A stretch of DNA of 64,000 nt from Geosiphon pyriformis uo1 (Eukaryota; Fungi; Glomeromycota): NCBI GenBank assembly GCA_016748015.1, contig JAAOMT010000303.1, positions 992,001-1,056,000 of the forward strand, given 5' to 3'. Positions 37,620 through 49,317 of this stretch are shown one piece after another. The translations under genes were made by a program, and so were the position numbers. Each line of letters opens with the position of its first letter. The stretch's first letter is position 1. The notes beneath the pieces were generated by a model. That model saw nothing but the letters and a program-made list of their open reading frames with translations, was not told where the DNA came from and did not search any database.

Positions 37620-38375
37620 TATTATTCATAAAAATTAGGAATTATAATAAGTAAATAAAATAGTCAATTAAAAATAGACATAATAAAAATAGACATAATA
37701 AAAAAAGAATTGCAAAATTACAAAATTATAGAATTTTAAAATTTTTTTCAAAGAAATTGAAAAATTTTAAAAAATTTTGTATAATACAAATTATGTATAT
37801 ATAGTGAAAGTATTAAAAGCAAGAAAAACAGACAATTCAGTTTAGAACAACAATACTTCTTTCTTTAAAAAATAGTTTTTTATAACTTAAAATAAAATTA
37901 TATTTATATTAATAAAATTATCTATTATTATCCTATTTATGTTATCATTACTTAATTAAAAAAATATTAATCACTTCTATAATTACAGCTATTAATAGGA
38001 TACTAATTTTTTATTTTTTATTTTTATTTTTTTTTATTTTTTTTATTTTTTATTTTTTGTTGTTTACTAATTAATTAAAAAAATTAAGCACTGAGTAATT
38101 AACATCAAAAATAGTTTGATAAAAAACCCAGAAACAAGTGTAAAAATTTAAGAATAGCTTATCAAAAAAGCATAACTGTCAGAATAAACTGGTTATTATA
38201 TTAAAAAAAAAATTCATAAAAAAAATCATTAATTAAATTTCTGTTTATTATACAAAAAACTTAACCAAAACTTTCAGACTTCAAAACTTTTAGAAACCAC
38301 TATTATTAACAGCTATTGAGTATTAAGTTACAGATTTGTTATTTGTTTTAACATTTTAAATAATTACCTATAATA
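37620..38375 (+). mobile_element. Solo LTR of the E3/E4 type
   Basis: Reverse-complement similarity to the E3 LTRs; decayed TG..CA ends; TSD ATAC/ATAT. Confidence 0.8.
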
Positions 38376-41300
38376 ATATCTATTTATATTTAATAAAGCA
38401 TATTTTACTTTCTAATTAATAAAAATAACTATTGTCTTATTATTATTAATTAAAATATTATTGATTCCAAAAAACTTACTAGCAATATTTAAAATATATT
38501 AAGTTGAAACCTAACTGTTTTTTATTTAAATAGTGTTATTAATAAATGCTTTAGCTATAACCTAATTATTAACTACTTTCAATAACTATATAAAAAATAA
38601 AGTTTTTTCTTTTGTGTTTTTTATTTTGTCAATTTTGGCTATAAATTTTATATCAATTTAGTAACTACACAAATATTTTTGTCTTTTAACTTTATATATA
38701 AAAAGATTATAAAAGCTTTTTTAACAAAGGAATGAAAAAATATTGTCTTGATCTAAATTATTATACACATAATAACTTTCTAAAAAACTAAAATCAATTA
38801 TAATTTTGTTGATTTTGTTCTAATGTATGCTGTCAAAAAAACTAATAAATTGTTTACATATTTTAATATGTTTTAAGTTGTTCTTTAAATAATACCAGCT
38901 AACTAAGTTGTATGCTTTATATATGTTCTATAAAACCAATTACAATTTTTTATTTTTTTCTAAAGTGTCTTCAACAATTAAGCCAACTGCAAATACTGGA
39001 GACTAAGTTAATATATTTTTTAATATCAAAAAATCATTTTTATAAAGAGCATCAAATTTGTTATACACAAAAAAGATCTAACCTGAAAAAATTTTTGACA
39101 AAATTTTTCTGGCTGTCTTTATTAATGTTATTGATTTAATATTAATTAACATACTATTCCACTTATAAAACTTTAAAATCATGAAAACTTATGTTTTTTT
39201 TACAAAGCAGAAACTATACCAACATCTAGACAATAATTTAGCAGAACCAAAAAACAATTTATGATTTCAGAATTACAATACTTTTACAGTTTATTTAAGA
39301 TATTAAATAAGTCAGCAGTTTTGTTATTAAACAATTTTTCTATAGTTTAAATCAACTTTTCTATGCTAATCTGTTTTATAATTTCAAAAATATCTCATTC
39401 TTAACATAATCTAAAAGCATATATTGATAAAACCAAAAATCTAACACTATCTTAAACACCAGTTTTTTTCTAGTTCAATTCTTTATTATTATATCTATTT
39501 TGTTTTTTATCAATTCAGATTCCAAAACCAAATTATTATTAATTATTAAATAATCTAATACCACTTTTCAAAAAAGTTATTTCAAAACATTCTTAATCAT
39601 ATGATCTTTGTTAATATAAAAGTTTTTTATTTTTTTATCAATTGTATTTCTAATCACAACTATTTTTATAGTTTTAGATTTTTAATACTTAAATAACTAG
39701 TACTTTTTTTTGACTTTAAACAAATATAAAAAGACTTCTTTACTTTTTGCTTTATTTTTGATTAGAAAAAACAATCTAATAGAATTACCAATATTTAATT
39801 TTGACCAAATTTGTACAAGATAATTAAATTCAATAACATTCTCCAAAAAAAAAAATTTTATAATTTTTGAAACCAAAATTTTTAATCTGTAAAATCTAAA
39901 AGTTTGTTTATTTTTAAAATTACCAAAATTTTGAACCAATTTTTGAAAAAAACTTTGTTTGTTAACTTAATTATTATTATTCTTAAAAAATCTTATATTG
40001 CATTTAGATTATCTTGTCTTTTGGTATTCTAAAACTTGCTAAGTACACAAGATATTCTCTTTAATAAACATTTCTTAAATTAAGTCTACTTTGAAATATT
40101 TGTATTTTTAAAGCCAAACTTTTATCAATTTTTATTAATATATTACTAAATAACTTTTAGATATTTGTTTAAAAAACCATTCAAGTCAAAAAAAATTACA
40201 ATAAATTAATATTTAATATCAAAAAAATCAGAAATACTATTAACTTTTTGTCTAATTACAATTATTAAAAGATGTTTATTAACAAAAATATAATTAATAG
40301 TTTTTTTTATATCTCTTAAATTGCTTTATATTAAAAATTTAACAACTAAATTACTTAATAGAGAATTATACAAACCTAAATTGAAACATTTCTTAAAATT
40401 TTTACTTTGTTCCACACAATTTTTATTGAAATTACTTTCTAATATTACATAAAAACTTGAATTAACTGTTTTAATAATACAAAAATTTATTTTAAAGACT
40501 TAATTAAACTGTATACCAACCAAAGTTCTAGTATAAAAACCTAAAACTATTACTGAAAACTTATTGCTGATAACAAACAAATTGAGAAAAAACAACTTAA
40601 AACTTCAAAAACTTTATATATATATTAGGCAAAATATTATTTATTACTATAGCCATTTTTAAATTTAAATAATCTGAATTCATACCAAAAATAAAAATCT
40701 TTAAATCCAGAAACTTGTTCTTAATTTAAGACTTAATCTGTTTTTTTAACTTTGTTTTAATAATTATAAAAACCAAATTGCCAGATTTATTATGCTATCT
40801 AATAATATTTTTTTGTTTAGCCATATTGGTTATTTTTTTGACATTATATATTGCAAATTTTTAAATAAAATCGATTATTAAAATAAAAAAACTGCTAAAA
40901 AACTTGAAATAACACACAATTAATCTAATTTAACATAAACCAAATTAATAATACTTTTAAAAACGACTATTTTTGATTTTAGTTTACTTACTTTGGTTGT
41001 CAAAATCTTAAAACTATTTAAATTTAGACTCAAAATTTCAGTTATTATTAACAGAAAAAACAAAACAAATTCTAAAAGTTATTTACAATTATACTTAAAT
41101 CCAATACCAATAAAAAAACTGAAGCAAAAGATTAAGAAATAAAAACCAAGAGCATTAAATTTATATTACTTAATTTGTATATAACTTTAAAAATCTGGTT
41201 AACAACCAATTTTAATAAATATTCCAAAAAAGTTACATAAGCTTTAATAATAAAATGTTTTATAGAGAAAAAAAACTACAATATTACATAAAATATCAAA

Positions 41301-41634
41301 AAGAAAAGAAATAAAGCCAGAACTAATGAAAGCATTTTTAGAAACAGAAGTCAACAAAACTATTCAAGTCTATGATTTGTTACCAAAAATAACAGAATAT
41401 AAGATAAGAATACTTTTTTTAGCATACAATTTTACCAACTGAAAATAGTATTTATTTAAGATAATATTTTTATAAATCTTTAAAAATAGATAAATAAATA
41501 TACTAAATATATTACACTTCAAAGCAAAATATCCAAAAAATTAACATTTTTTATATTTAATTAAATCTAATCTAGTTCAAAAAGTTTTATATTACCAAAA
41601 ATTGGCTTTATATAAAAAGCTAATTCCAAATTAT

Positions 41635-42300
41635 TGTTATGGTTGAAACACATAGTTTTTATTAATTATCACATGTATTAGCCAATAATGTTATATAATT
41701 AGCCACCCTATTTTTAGATAGTGATCGTTGACCTGATCAATGACCTGACTGTTGACCTGATTATTAACCTGATCATTGACCACTTTAGATAGCTATATAA
41801 GCGATGATTTCCTTAGCTGTAGAAAGACATGATTAAAGTAATGAAATAAACAATATTAATTACTTCCTCTCATAATTGCTTATTCCCCTTTCCTTACCTT
41901 CAAGTATCTACTTGTTGGCATTCACATATCTTATCTTTTCCCCTTCTTGATTTGTATTTGTTAGAATTAGCCTGAGAAGCAATTGGCTTGCTCTTGTAAT
42001 TCATTGAATAAAGAAACAATTGAAAAGTACAACAATACCTGTTATTGATTCTAAGAATCGCTGAGTTGAGGCATAGAATAATAGTAGTAGTGTTATCTTG
42101 TTGACAATCCTGGACTATTCCTCTACCTTCAAATTTAAGAAAAGATTAGCGACTGTGATTTTTATGAGACTGATCATGCACATTGAATTCCTACTTATTC
42201 AATTCGCTCTCTTATTGTAATTTTTTCTTTGTTTATTTCCATTACCATACAATACTGTCCTCCCTTGCTATTTGTTAGCTTATTACTCCAACCCATAACA
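41635..42300 (+). repeat. 5' LTR of E2 (five 12-bp-period TGACCTGA repeats at 41729-41781, TATATAA at 41794)
   Basis: About 94% identical to 48652-49317 by hand alignment. Confidence 0.97.
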
Positions 42301-42306
42301 TAAAAG

Positions 42307-42323
42307 TGGTGCTCTCTGTGAGG
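42307..42323 (+). promoter_or_regulatory. Primer binding site of E2, TGGTGCTCTCTGTGAGG
   Basis: Begins with TGG (complement of tRNA CCA), 6 nt after the LTR; identical to the E3 PBS. Confidence 0.9.
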
Positions 42324-42352
42324 TTGTCAAAATTCACTTATTCCCTCATTGT

Positions 42353-43906
42353 ATGGGTAATTATTCATATCTGCCACAGCAATTAGAAGAACACTTTGCA
42401 ACACACAACAGAAACGACCAAAGTTTCATTGAACTTAATCCTCTGCCCTCCTGCTTGATCTGCTTCCCTCTTGAAGAACAATCCAGTAGACAATTCCAAG
42501 ACTTTTGGAACTGGTTCCTGAACGAGCATTCAGCTGAAACCTACACAGCTTATACAACCTATTACTTTGACCAAGCTTATTTTAAAAATGACTTTGAAGA
42601 AAAAAACAACAGTATCAATCAGCTCTTATATTCTGCAACCTTTGAACAACAGCTCCCTGATTTCGAATATCTGAATCATCAAATCCACATTTGGATTGCT
42701 GCCCATCAAGCAACTGAAACTCCCTTTGAAACAGAAAAAGAAAGCTACCAAACTGCCCCTGTTTTTGATCTTTTATCAAGTGAATCAGACTCGTCTACAC
42801 AAACAGTTACCCCTGAACCAATGGCTAATGACCTCATGCAAGCAAACATTCTGGCCATCCTCCAAAGTATACAAACTGCTCTAGGGCAAAGAAACAACAC
42901 CCCAATACCATTATTTAGAGGTGATGTACAAGATCCAATTGAATGATTAAATGACTTTGAAAGAGCCACTACAGCCAATCAATATGATGATGAGTACAAG
43001 TTCCAAATTGTCAGTGGCTACCTTCAAGGATCCCCTGCTACCTGGTTCTCACAAGAAATAGATGCCAATGCCCAGCAAAGAATCGTTAGATAGACACCAG
43101 TAAATATGGGAGAAATCAACACTTCTTTCACTACTCAGTTTGAAAACAAGTTCAGAACCCCAATATTAATATCAAAATGGCGTATGGAATTGGAAAAAAA
43201 AATCCAAGGTCCCGGTGAAGTTGTAACTGAATACGCCAAAGCAATCAGAAAGTTAATCAAATGAGTAGACATTGGAAGAAATTGGACAGAAGAGCAGAAA
43301 ATTCACTCCTTCACAAAAGGATTGAGAACTGATCTATTGTATGCTCTTTGGCTCCTCCTGGCCCTGAAAGATAATCTCACCATAGATATGGCCATTGAAT
43401 TAGCACAAAGAATTGAAGACAACCAAAGAATGCACTTGAGATCCACATTACCAGTTTTTGCTCCTGTTCCTGTCATGGCTCCTGCCCCTCAAATGGCTGC
43501 TACTTCTTTTGCCACTCATACTCAAAATCCAAATGAACAGTTAATAGACAGACTCACAGCAAATCTTGCTCAGTTATTAGAACCCTTAGCCCAAGCAGTC
43601 AGAGAAAATCAGCAACCACAAAGACTCAGATTTGAACCATGCTTCAATTAGCTCCAGCAACCACCTTATTAAAGACAACAAAATCGTGGCCCACCTGTAT
43701 GCTATCGCTGTAGATTAACTGGACACTTTTCAAGAGATTGCAACAATCCTCTACTGCCTCCACCAGTCCCCAGAAACAATGATGCTCAGAACAACAGGAT
43801 CAACAACAACAATGTGCCCAACCAAAGACCCAATCATGCCAACATCAATTTCTTTGGAGAGAATCCCCTAGTTGAAGCCATTGTTTATCAGCCTTTAAAC
43901 TGGTAG
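42353..43906 (+). pseudogene. gag of E2
   Basis: PLFRGDVQDPIE*LNDFERA capsid motif; CYRCRLTGHFSRDC knuckle at ~43700-43741; a few C>T/G>A stops; ends at TAG 43904-43906. Confidence 0.9.
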
Positions 43907-43932
43907 GTGCACCTCCAAAGGGTGAGAGTGCA
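43894..43932 (+). promoter_or_regulatory. Putative -1 ribosomal frameshift signal (U UUA AAC plus downstream hairpin)
   Basis: Heptamer is in X XXY YYZ phase in the gag frame, gag stop follows one codon later, pol is in the -1 frame, and there is a stem TGCAC-CTC..GAG-A-GTGCA. Confidence 0.8.
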
Positions 43933-46605
43933 AGCCAACTAGAAGAAAACTCTTTTTACACTTTTAACTTAACTGATGATAACCATGACATAGATGAATT
44001 AGCAATCAACCCCTCTGAATCCACAAGAAAGAAGAAGAAAGCCAAAGTTGATTTTGTTCTAGACCCCAATAAAGCTTCTACATCAACTACTGACAACAAT
44101 GAGCCCCCAAAAGCCAAAGTTTTCAAGAACCCTCCAAAGTTAAAACCCCCAGAAATAGTACAAAAATCCGGTCCCTATTCTGTTGTCAAAAACCTTATGG
44201 AAATCCCAGCACATATAACCTTTGGCCAATTGATGACCCATCCACAATTCAGAAAAGATTTTCGCAAATCCCTAATTCCAAAGAAAAAGACATCCAAAAC
44301 CAACAAACGTCCTTGCCAAGCTGGACTTGCTGACAATAGCAATGTCACTCCTCTAATTTGTAAAGCCCAAGTGGCTGGCTACTTCATCGATTTGATCCTA
44401 GACAGTGGATCATCTGTTAGTGTTATTGCCAAACACTTTCTTGAAGCAATTGGCAGAAAAATTGATGAACCATCCACACGACCAATGACCAATATGCATG
44501 GTAATAAGAAAAAAGGGCTTGGCATAGCCAAAGCTATTTCTGTCCACATCAATGGCATCAGCATTGAAACTGATATGGAAGTGTCTGAAGCAAAAGAATA
44601 CACCATCATTGTTGGCAATAAATGGCTCAAGAAAGCAAAGGCTTTGCTTGATTATGAACTCTGTGAACTAATCATCAGATGTGGTGAGAAACCCATTGTG
44701 GTTAAGTGTCACCATTGGACAACTCCCCCAGTACCCAAGCAGAGCCCAGAAGAAAATAAATCAGATGAATCAGATGATGAAGAAAGTGAGGAAGAAGAAG
44801 AACAAAAAGAACAAGAAGAACAAGAAGAACAAGAAGAAACTGCTGAACTCACCTATACTATCTTCACTAGCAATGGCAAACCACTAGATAATGTTAAGGC
44901 AGATAAAGAAGGAATCATTGTTAATGACAAGTTAATCTGCTGGCCTTATTATGACATGCTCAGAAGAACCTTTAACAGAAAGCCAGGCAAGAAAGCCAAA
45001 TACAGTTATTGGTGGCATGGTCCTTGTGCCCAGTGCTGGTGCGACAAACCATTGTATTCTCCTAGCGATGAATGCATGTTCTGCCTGATCTATTACAAAG
45101 ATTGGGAACCAATCAGCTTGATATTTCGAGAGGAAATAAAAGAAGTCCAAAAGTCCTTTGAAAACGAACCACCTGAAATCCAATCACTGGTTGTAGAACA
45201 AAGAGAACCCTCTCCAGAAAAAAGAAAAGTAGACATTGAAAACCTGCTGGCTAGAAACAACTCAGTTATCTCAAAAGAAGGTGAACCTCCTGGACGTACA
45301 TATGTAATACAACACACCATCATCACCAGAGAAACTCGCCCCATCCATTTGAAGCCCTATCAATCTAACTGGCACAATGATGAGTTTATCAAAAAAGAAA
45401 TAACTTGAATGAAAACCCTTGAATTCATACAGAAAACCAAGAGTGAATGGGCATTCCCAGTTGTAGTGGTATTCAAAAAAAGAGGAACCCTACGCTTTTG
45501 TGTTGACTATCGCCAATTAAATGCCATTACTGAAAGAGACATGTACCCACTTCCCAAGATTGATACAATGCTAGACCAATTCTATAGTGCCACTTTCTTC
45601 TCAACCATTGACTTAACTGCTGGATTCTGGCAAGTAGAGATGGATCCAGAAAGCAAAAAGAAAACTGCCTTCATTACCAAGTATGGTACCTACGAGTTCA
45701 CAGTCATGCCTTTTGATCTCACAAATGCTCCTTCCACCTTTCAATGCTTAATGAACAAAGTATTTGAATCAGTAGAAGAAAACTTTGTTCTAGTCTACTT
45801 GGACGACATAATGGTATACTCAAAAACCTGGGATGAACATCTTGAACATTTGCAAAAGGTTTTTAACCTCCTTAGAAATGCTGGTCTCAAGATCAATCCA
45901 ATCAAATCATTCTTTGGACGTCAATCCACCCAGTTCCTTGGCCATCTTATTACAAAAGATGGAATCTTCTCTGATCCAGCCAAAATTGAAAAAGTTCAAA
46001 ACATTAGACAACCAATGAATGTTCATGAACTATGCTCTTTTCTTGGTTTGGCCTTTTATTATCACAAGTTTGTCAAGAATTTCTCCAAAATTGCTGCTCC
46101 TCTCAATTAGCTACTTAGGAAAAACATCAATTATCACTGGGGCACTCATTAACAAAAAGCATTTAAAATTCTGAAGGAAAAACTGGTTACAGAACCCATC
46201 CTCATGCAACCTAATTTGGATTGAACTTTTTTCCTCCACACTGATGCATCTGGCTATGGACTTGGTGCTGTTTTTTCCCAGAAAGACAAAGATAGCAAGG
46301 AACATGCCATAACATATGCCAGTAGAACTCTCACACCAGCAGAAAAGAACTACTCAGTCACTGAGCAAGAATGCTTAGCAGTAGTTTGGGCTACCAGTTA
46401 CTGGGACAAATATCTTAAGGGTGTGAAATTTTTGGTGGTAACAGATCACCAAGCTTTGGTTTGGCTACGCAACAAAAAAAACCTGGAACATAAACGGATA
46501 ACTCACTGGATACTCCACTTGGATGAATTCGACTATGACATTCAACACCGTAAAGGAGCTAATCATCAAAATGCTGACACTCTCTCCAGACTTACCATCC
46601 AGTGA
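43900..46605 (+). pseudogene. pol of E2: protease, acidic and Cys-rich linker, RT, RNase H
   Basis: LILDSGSSVSVI; FCVDYRQLN; YLDD; FLGH; TDASGYG; TEQECL; TDHQAL; NADTLSR. One frame throughout, with scattered stops. Confidence 0.95.
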
Positions 46606-46664
46606 TAGTAAAACCCTTTCAAACCAAACCAACTTAATTATTTGTAACTTCCTCACAAACAAAC

Positions 46665-47978
46665 ATGATAATGAACTTGGACAACTACTCTGCTTTAATG
46701 AAATTTTTGGGTAAAGGACAATACCTGCTGGACTATACTCGACAGCAAAGAGAACATTTGCACAAACAATCAAATTTCTATTTGATTCGCTAGAACCAGT
46801 TATATAAAAGAAATAAAAAAGATTTTGACCGCCCCCAGAGAGTCATTAGATTTAAAGAAAGAGAAATTGTGATCTACAATATGCATACTGATCCATTAGC
46901 TGGACACTTTGGAAAAACAAAAACAATTCAAAAAACTTTAGCTCGCTATTATTGGCCTATCTTGGGAAAAGACATTGCTGAATACATCAAAACCTGTGAT
47001 ACCTGCCAAAGAAGAGGAAAACCCAATCGCAAAGAAGATATCCATCCAATCTCTGTTGGTTAACCATTTGATAAAATTGGTATAGATGTTGTTGGACTTT
47101 TAACAGTAACTCCTGATGGCAACAGATACATTATCACAGCTACCGACTATCTTACAAAGTGGGTAGAAGCAAGAGCCACCTCAGATCAAACAGCAGTCTC
47201 AATTGCCAATTTCATTTATGAAGATATTATCTGTCACTACAGCTGCCCCAAAGAACTTTTATCTGATAGAGGAAGAGCTTTTCTCAGTACACTGGTTGAA
47301 GAACTTTGCAAAAAAATGGGAATATGTCATAAACTCTCTTCCCCTTATTACCCCCAAACAAATGGCCTAGTGGAACATTTCAATAGAACACTATGTGAAA
47401 CCCTAGCCAAAACCAGTAAAAAAACCAACCTATGAGACAAAGTATTGCCTTCAGCCTTGTTTGCTTACAGAACTGTGAATCATGACATAACAAGTTATGA
47501 ACCCTTTTATCTGCTCTATGAATGAATAGCAACTCTACCAATAGAAACAAATATAGAAACAATACCTTTTGAAGAAATAACAATAGGAGATTACAAGGAC
47601 ATTTTGCAAAGAAGACTTGGTACCATTCTTGACTCATTAGTAAAAGCACGGATAATTGCCTTTGAAAAAATAAAACAGTTCCAAGAGAAGCTCAAAAAGA
47701 AAAAGATCTATAAAACACTTTCCTTAAGTGTTAGTGACTTAGTTTTGGAATATCGTTCAGACAGAGACAATGTCTATGGTAATAAATTCTCTAGCTGGTG
47801 GAAAAGACCCTTTATAGTTAACAAAGTTTTGAACAATGGTTCTTATATCTTACAAGATCAATATGGAACAATATTCAGTGATTGCTCTGTTCATGGCACG
47901 CAACTCAAGAAATATCACAAACAACCTGATTGGTTACCTGTTGTGGTAATACTGACCCAAATGATCAGCAAAAATTAG
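46665..47978 (+). pseudogene. Integrase of E2, separate ORF with its own ATG
   Basis: H-x6-H...YYWP...CDTCQR; GIDVVG; SDRG; NGLVE; GPF-like WKRPF. Different frame from RT-RH. Confidence 0.9.
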
Positions 47979-48682
47979 ATATAAATAAATGCATCATTCC
48001 CAAAACAGAAGTATCTTCAATTGACATAAACAATTATTTCCTGGATCAAAACATTCAAAATGCTTTCTATACTCTTCATGAGTACTGGATCAAGAACTAT
48101 CCAAATGCTACTCTGACTATCAGAAAACAAACCACTATAACAGACAACAGTGGAACTCACACTGTTATTAGACCAAAAAAAACAACTACCAGAAGAGAAA
48201 GAATTGGTGGCAAATTGGATAAATACCTGCTGGAAAGCATAACAGCAGCAATATTTTTACCTTCCAGCACAATTGGAAAAACAATACAAGAAATTTTGCC
48301 TATAGACAAAAACTTGTCATATAGAAGACAACTAGAACTCTATGGTCGTCTTGGTGAAATCATAGAAGACATGAAGCTCATGAAGAAAACAACTTCAGAG
48401 ATACAAGTGAAAATTTTGGGCATTATACGTTTAGATGTCCCAAGAGTTTTGATCATTGCAAGAAGAGCCAGAACTCTTATACAAAGATTTGGTCTCTTGG
48501 ATACAAAGCTTATTTCACCTCAAGTACTATATACTCTATCTACAAAAGACTTCAACAAACTAGTTAGTTTTGAGTTAGACAAAACTCTTCACATAAACTA
48601 TCCCATAAATAGTTTGATTTTGCTGGAGCTCAATCTCTTTGAAGAGGATAATGTTATGATTGAAACACATAGTTTTTATTAA
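47930..48682 (+). CDS. Extra 3' ORF3 of E2 (~250 codons, unknown function; runs through the PPT into the 3' LTR; true start unclear)
   Basis: Uninterrupted ORF downstream of IN with protein-like composition; positional counterparts in E1, E3 and E4. Confidence 0.7.
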   Translation: MVTCCGNTDPNDQQKLDINKCIIPKTEVSSIDINNYFLDQNIQNAFYTLHEYWIKNYPNATLTIRKQTTITDNSGTHTVIRPKKTTTRRERIGGKLDKYLLESITAAIFLPSSTIGKTIQEILPIDKNLSYRRQLELYGRLGEIIEDMKLMKKTTSEIQVKILGIIRLDVPRVLIIARRARTLIQRFGLLDTKLISPQVLYTLSTKDFNKLVSFELDKTLHINYPINSLILLELNLFEEDNVMIETHSFY

Positions 48683-49317
48683 TTATCACATGTATTAGCC
48701 AATGATGTCATATAATTAGCCATCCTATTTTTAGATAGTAATTGTTGACCTGATCAATGACCTGACTGTTGACCTGATTATTAACCTGATCATTGACCAC
48801 TTTAGATAGCTATATAAGTGATGATTTCCTTAGCTGTAGAAAGACATGATTAAAGTAATGAAATAAACAATATCAATTACTTCCTCTCATAATCGCTTAT
48901 TCCCTTTTCTTTACCTTCAAGTATCTACTTGTTGGCATTTACATACCTTATCTTTTTCCCTTCTTGATTTGTTTTTGTTAAAATTAGCCTAAGAAGCAAT
49001 TGGCTTGCTCTTGTAATTCATTGAATAAAGAAACAATTGAAAAGTACAATGATACCTGTTATTGATTCTAAGAATCGCTGAGTTAAGGCATAGAATAATA
49101 GCAGCAGTGTTATCTTGTTGACAATTACGGACTATTCCTCTATCTTCAGATTTAAGAAAAGATTAGTGACTGTGATTTTTATGAGACTAATCACGCACAT
49201 TGAATTCCTACTTATTCAATTTGCTTTCTTATTGTAATTCTTTCTTTGTTTATTTCTATTACCATACAATACTGTTTTCCCTTGCTATCCATTAGCTTGT
49301 TATTCCAACCCATAACA
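48652..49317 (+). repeat. 3' LTR of E2
   Basis: Direct repeat of 41635-42300, preceded by PPT GAAGAGGATAA. Confidence 0.97.

Larger units (their letters stand above)
41635..49317 (+). mobile_element. Ty3/Gypsy LTR retrotransposon E2 (best preserved; family distinct from E1/E3; no dUTPase seen)
   Basis: 666-bp LTRs at 41635-42300 and 48652-49317 (TGTTATG...CATAACA), perfect TSD TTAT, PBS 42307-42323, PPT 48641-48651; gag, pol, IN and ORF3 in order. Confidence 0.97.

Noticed and set aside
44760-44840. Independent microsatellite (GAAGAACAA)n
   Set aside because: It is an in-frame Glu/Gln-rich linker within E2 pol.
47930-48682. Retroviral env or chromodomain
   Set aside because: No signal peptide, TM segment or chromodomain aromatic-cage pattern is visible; kept as an unknown ORF.
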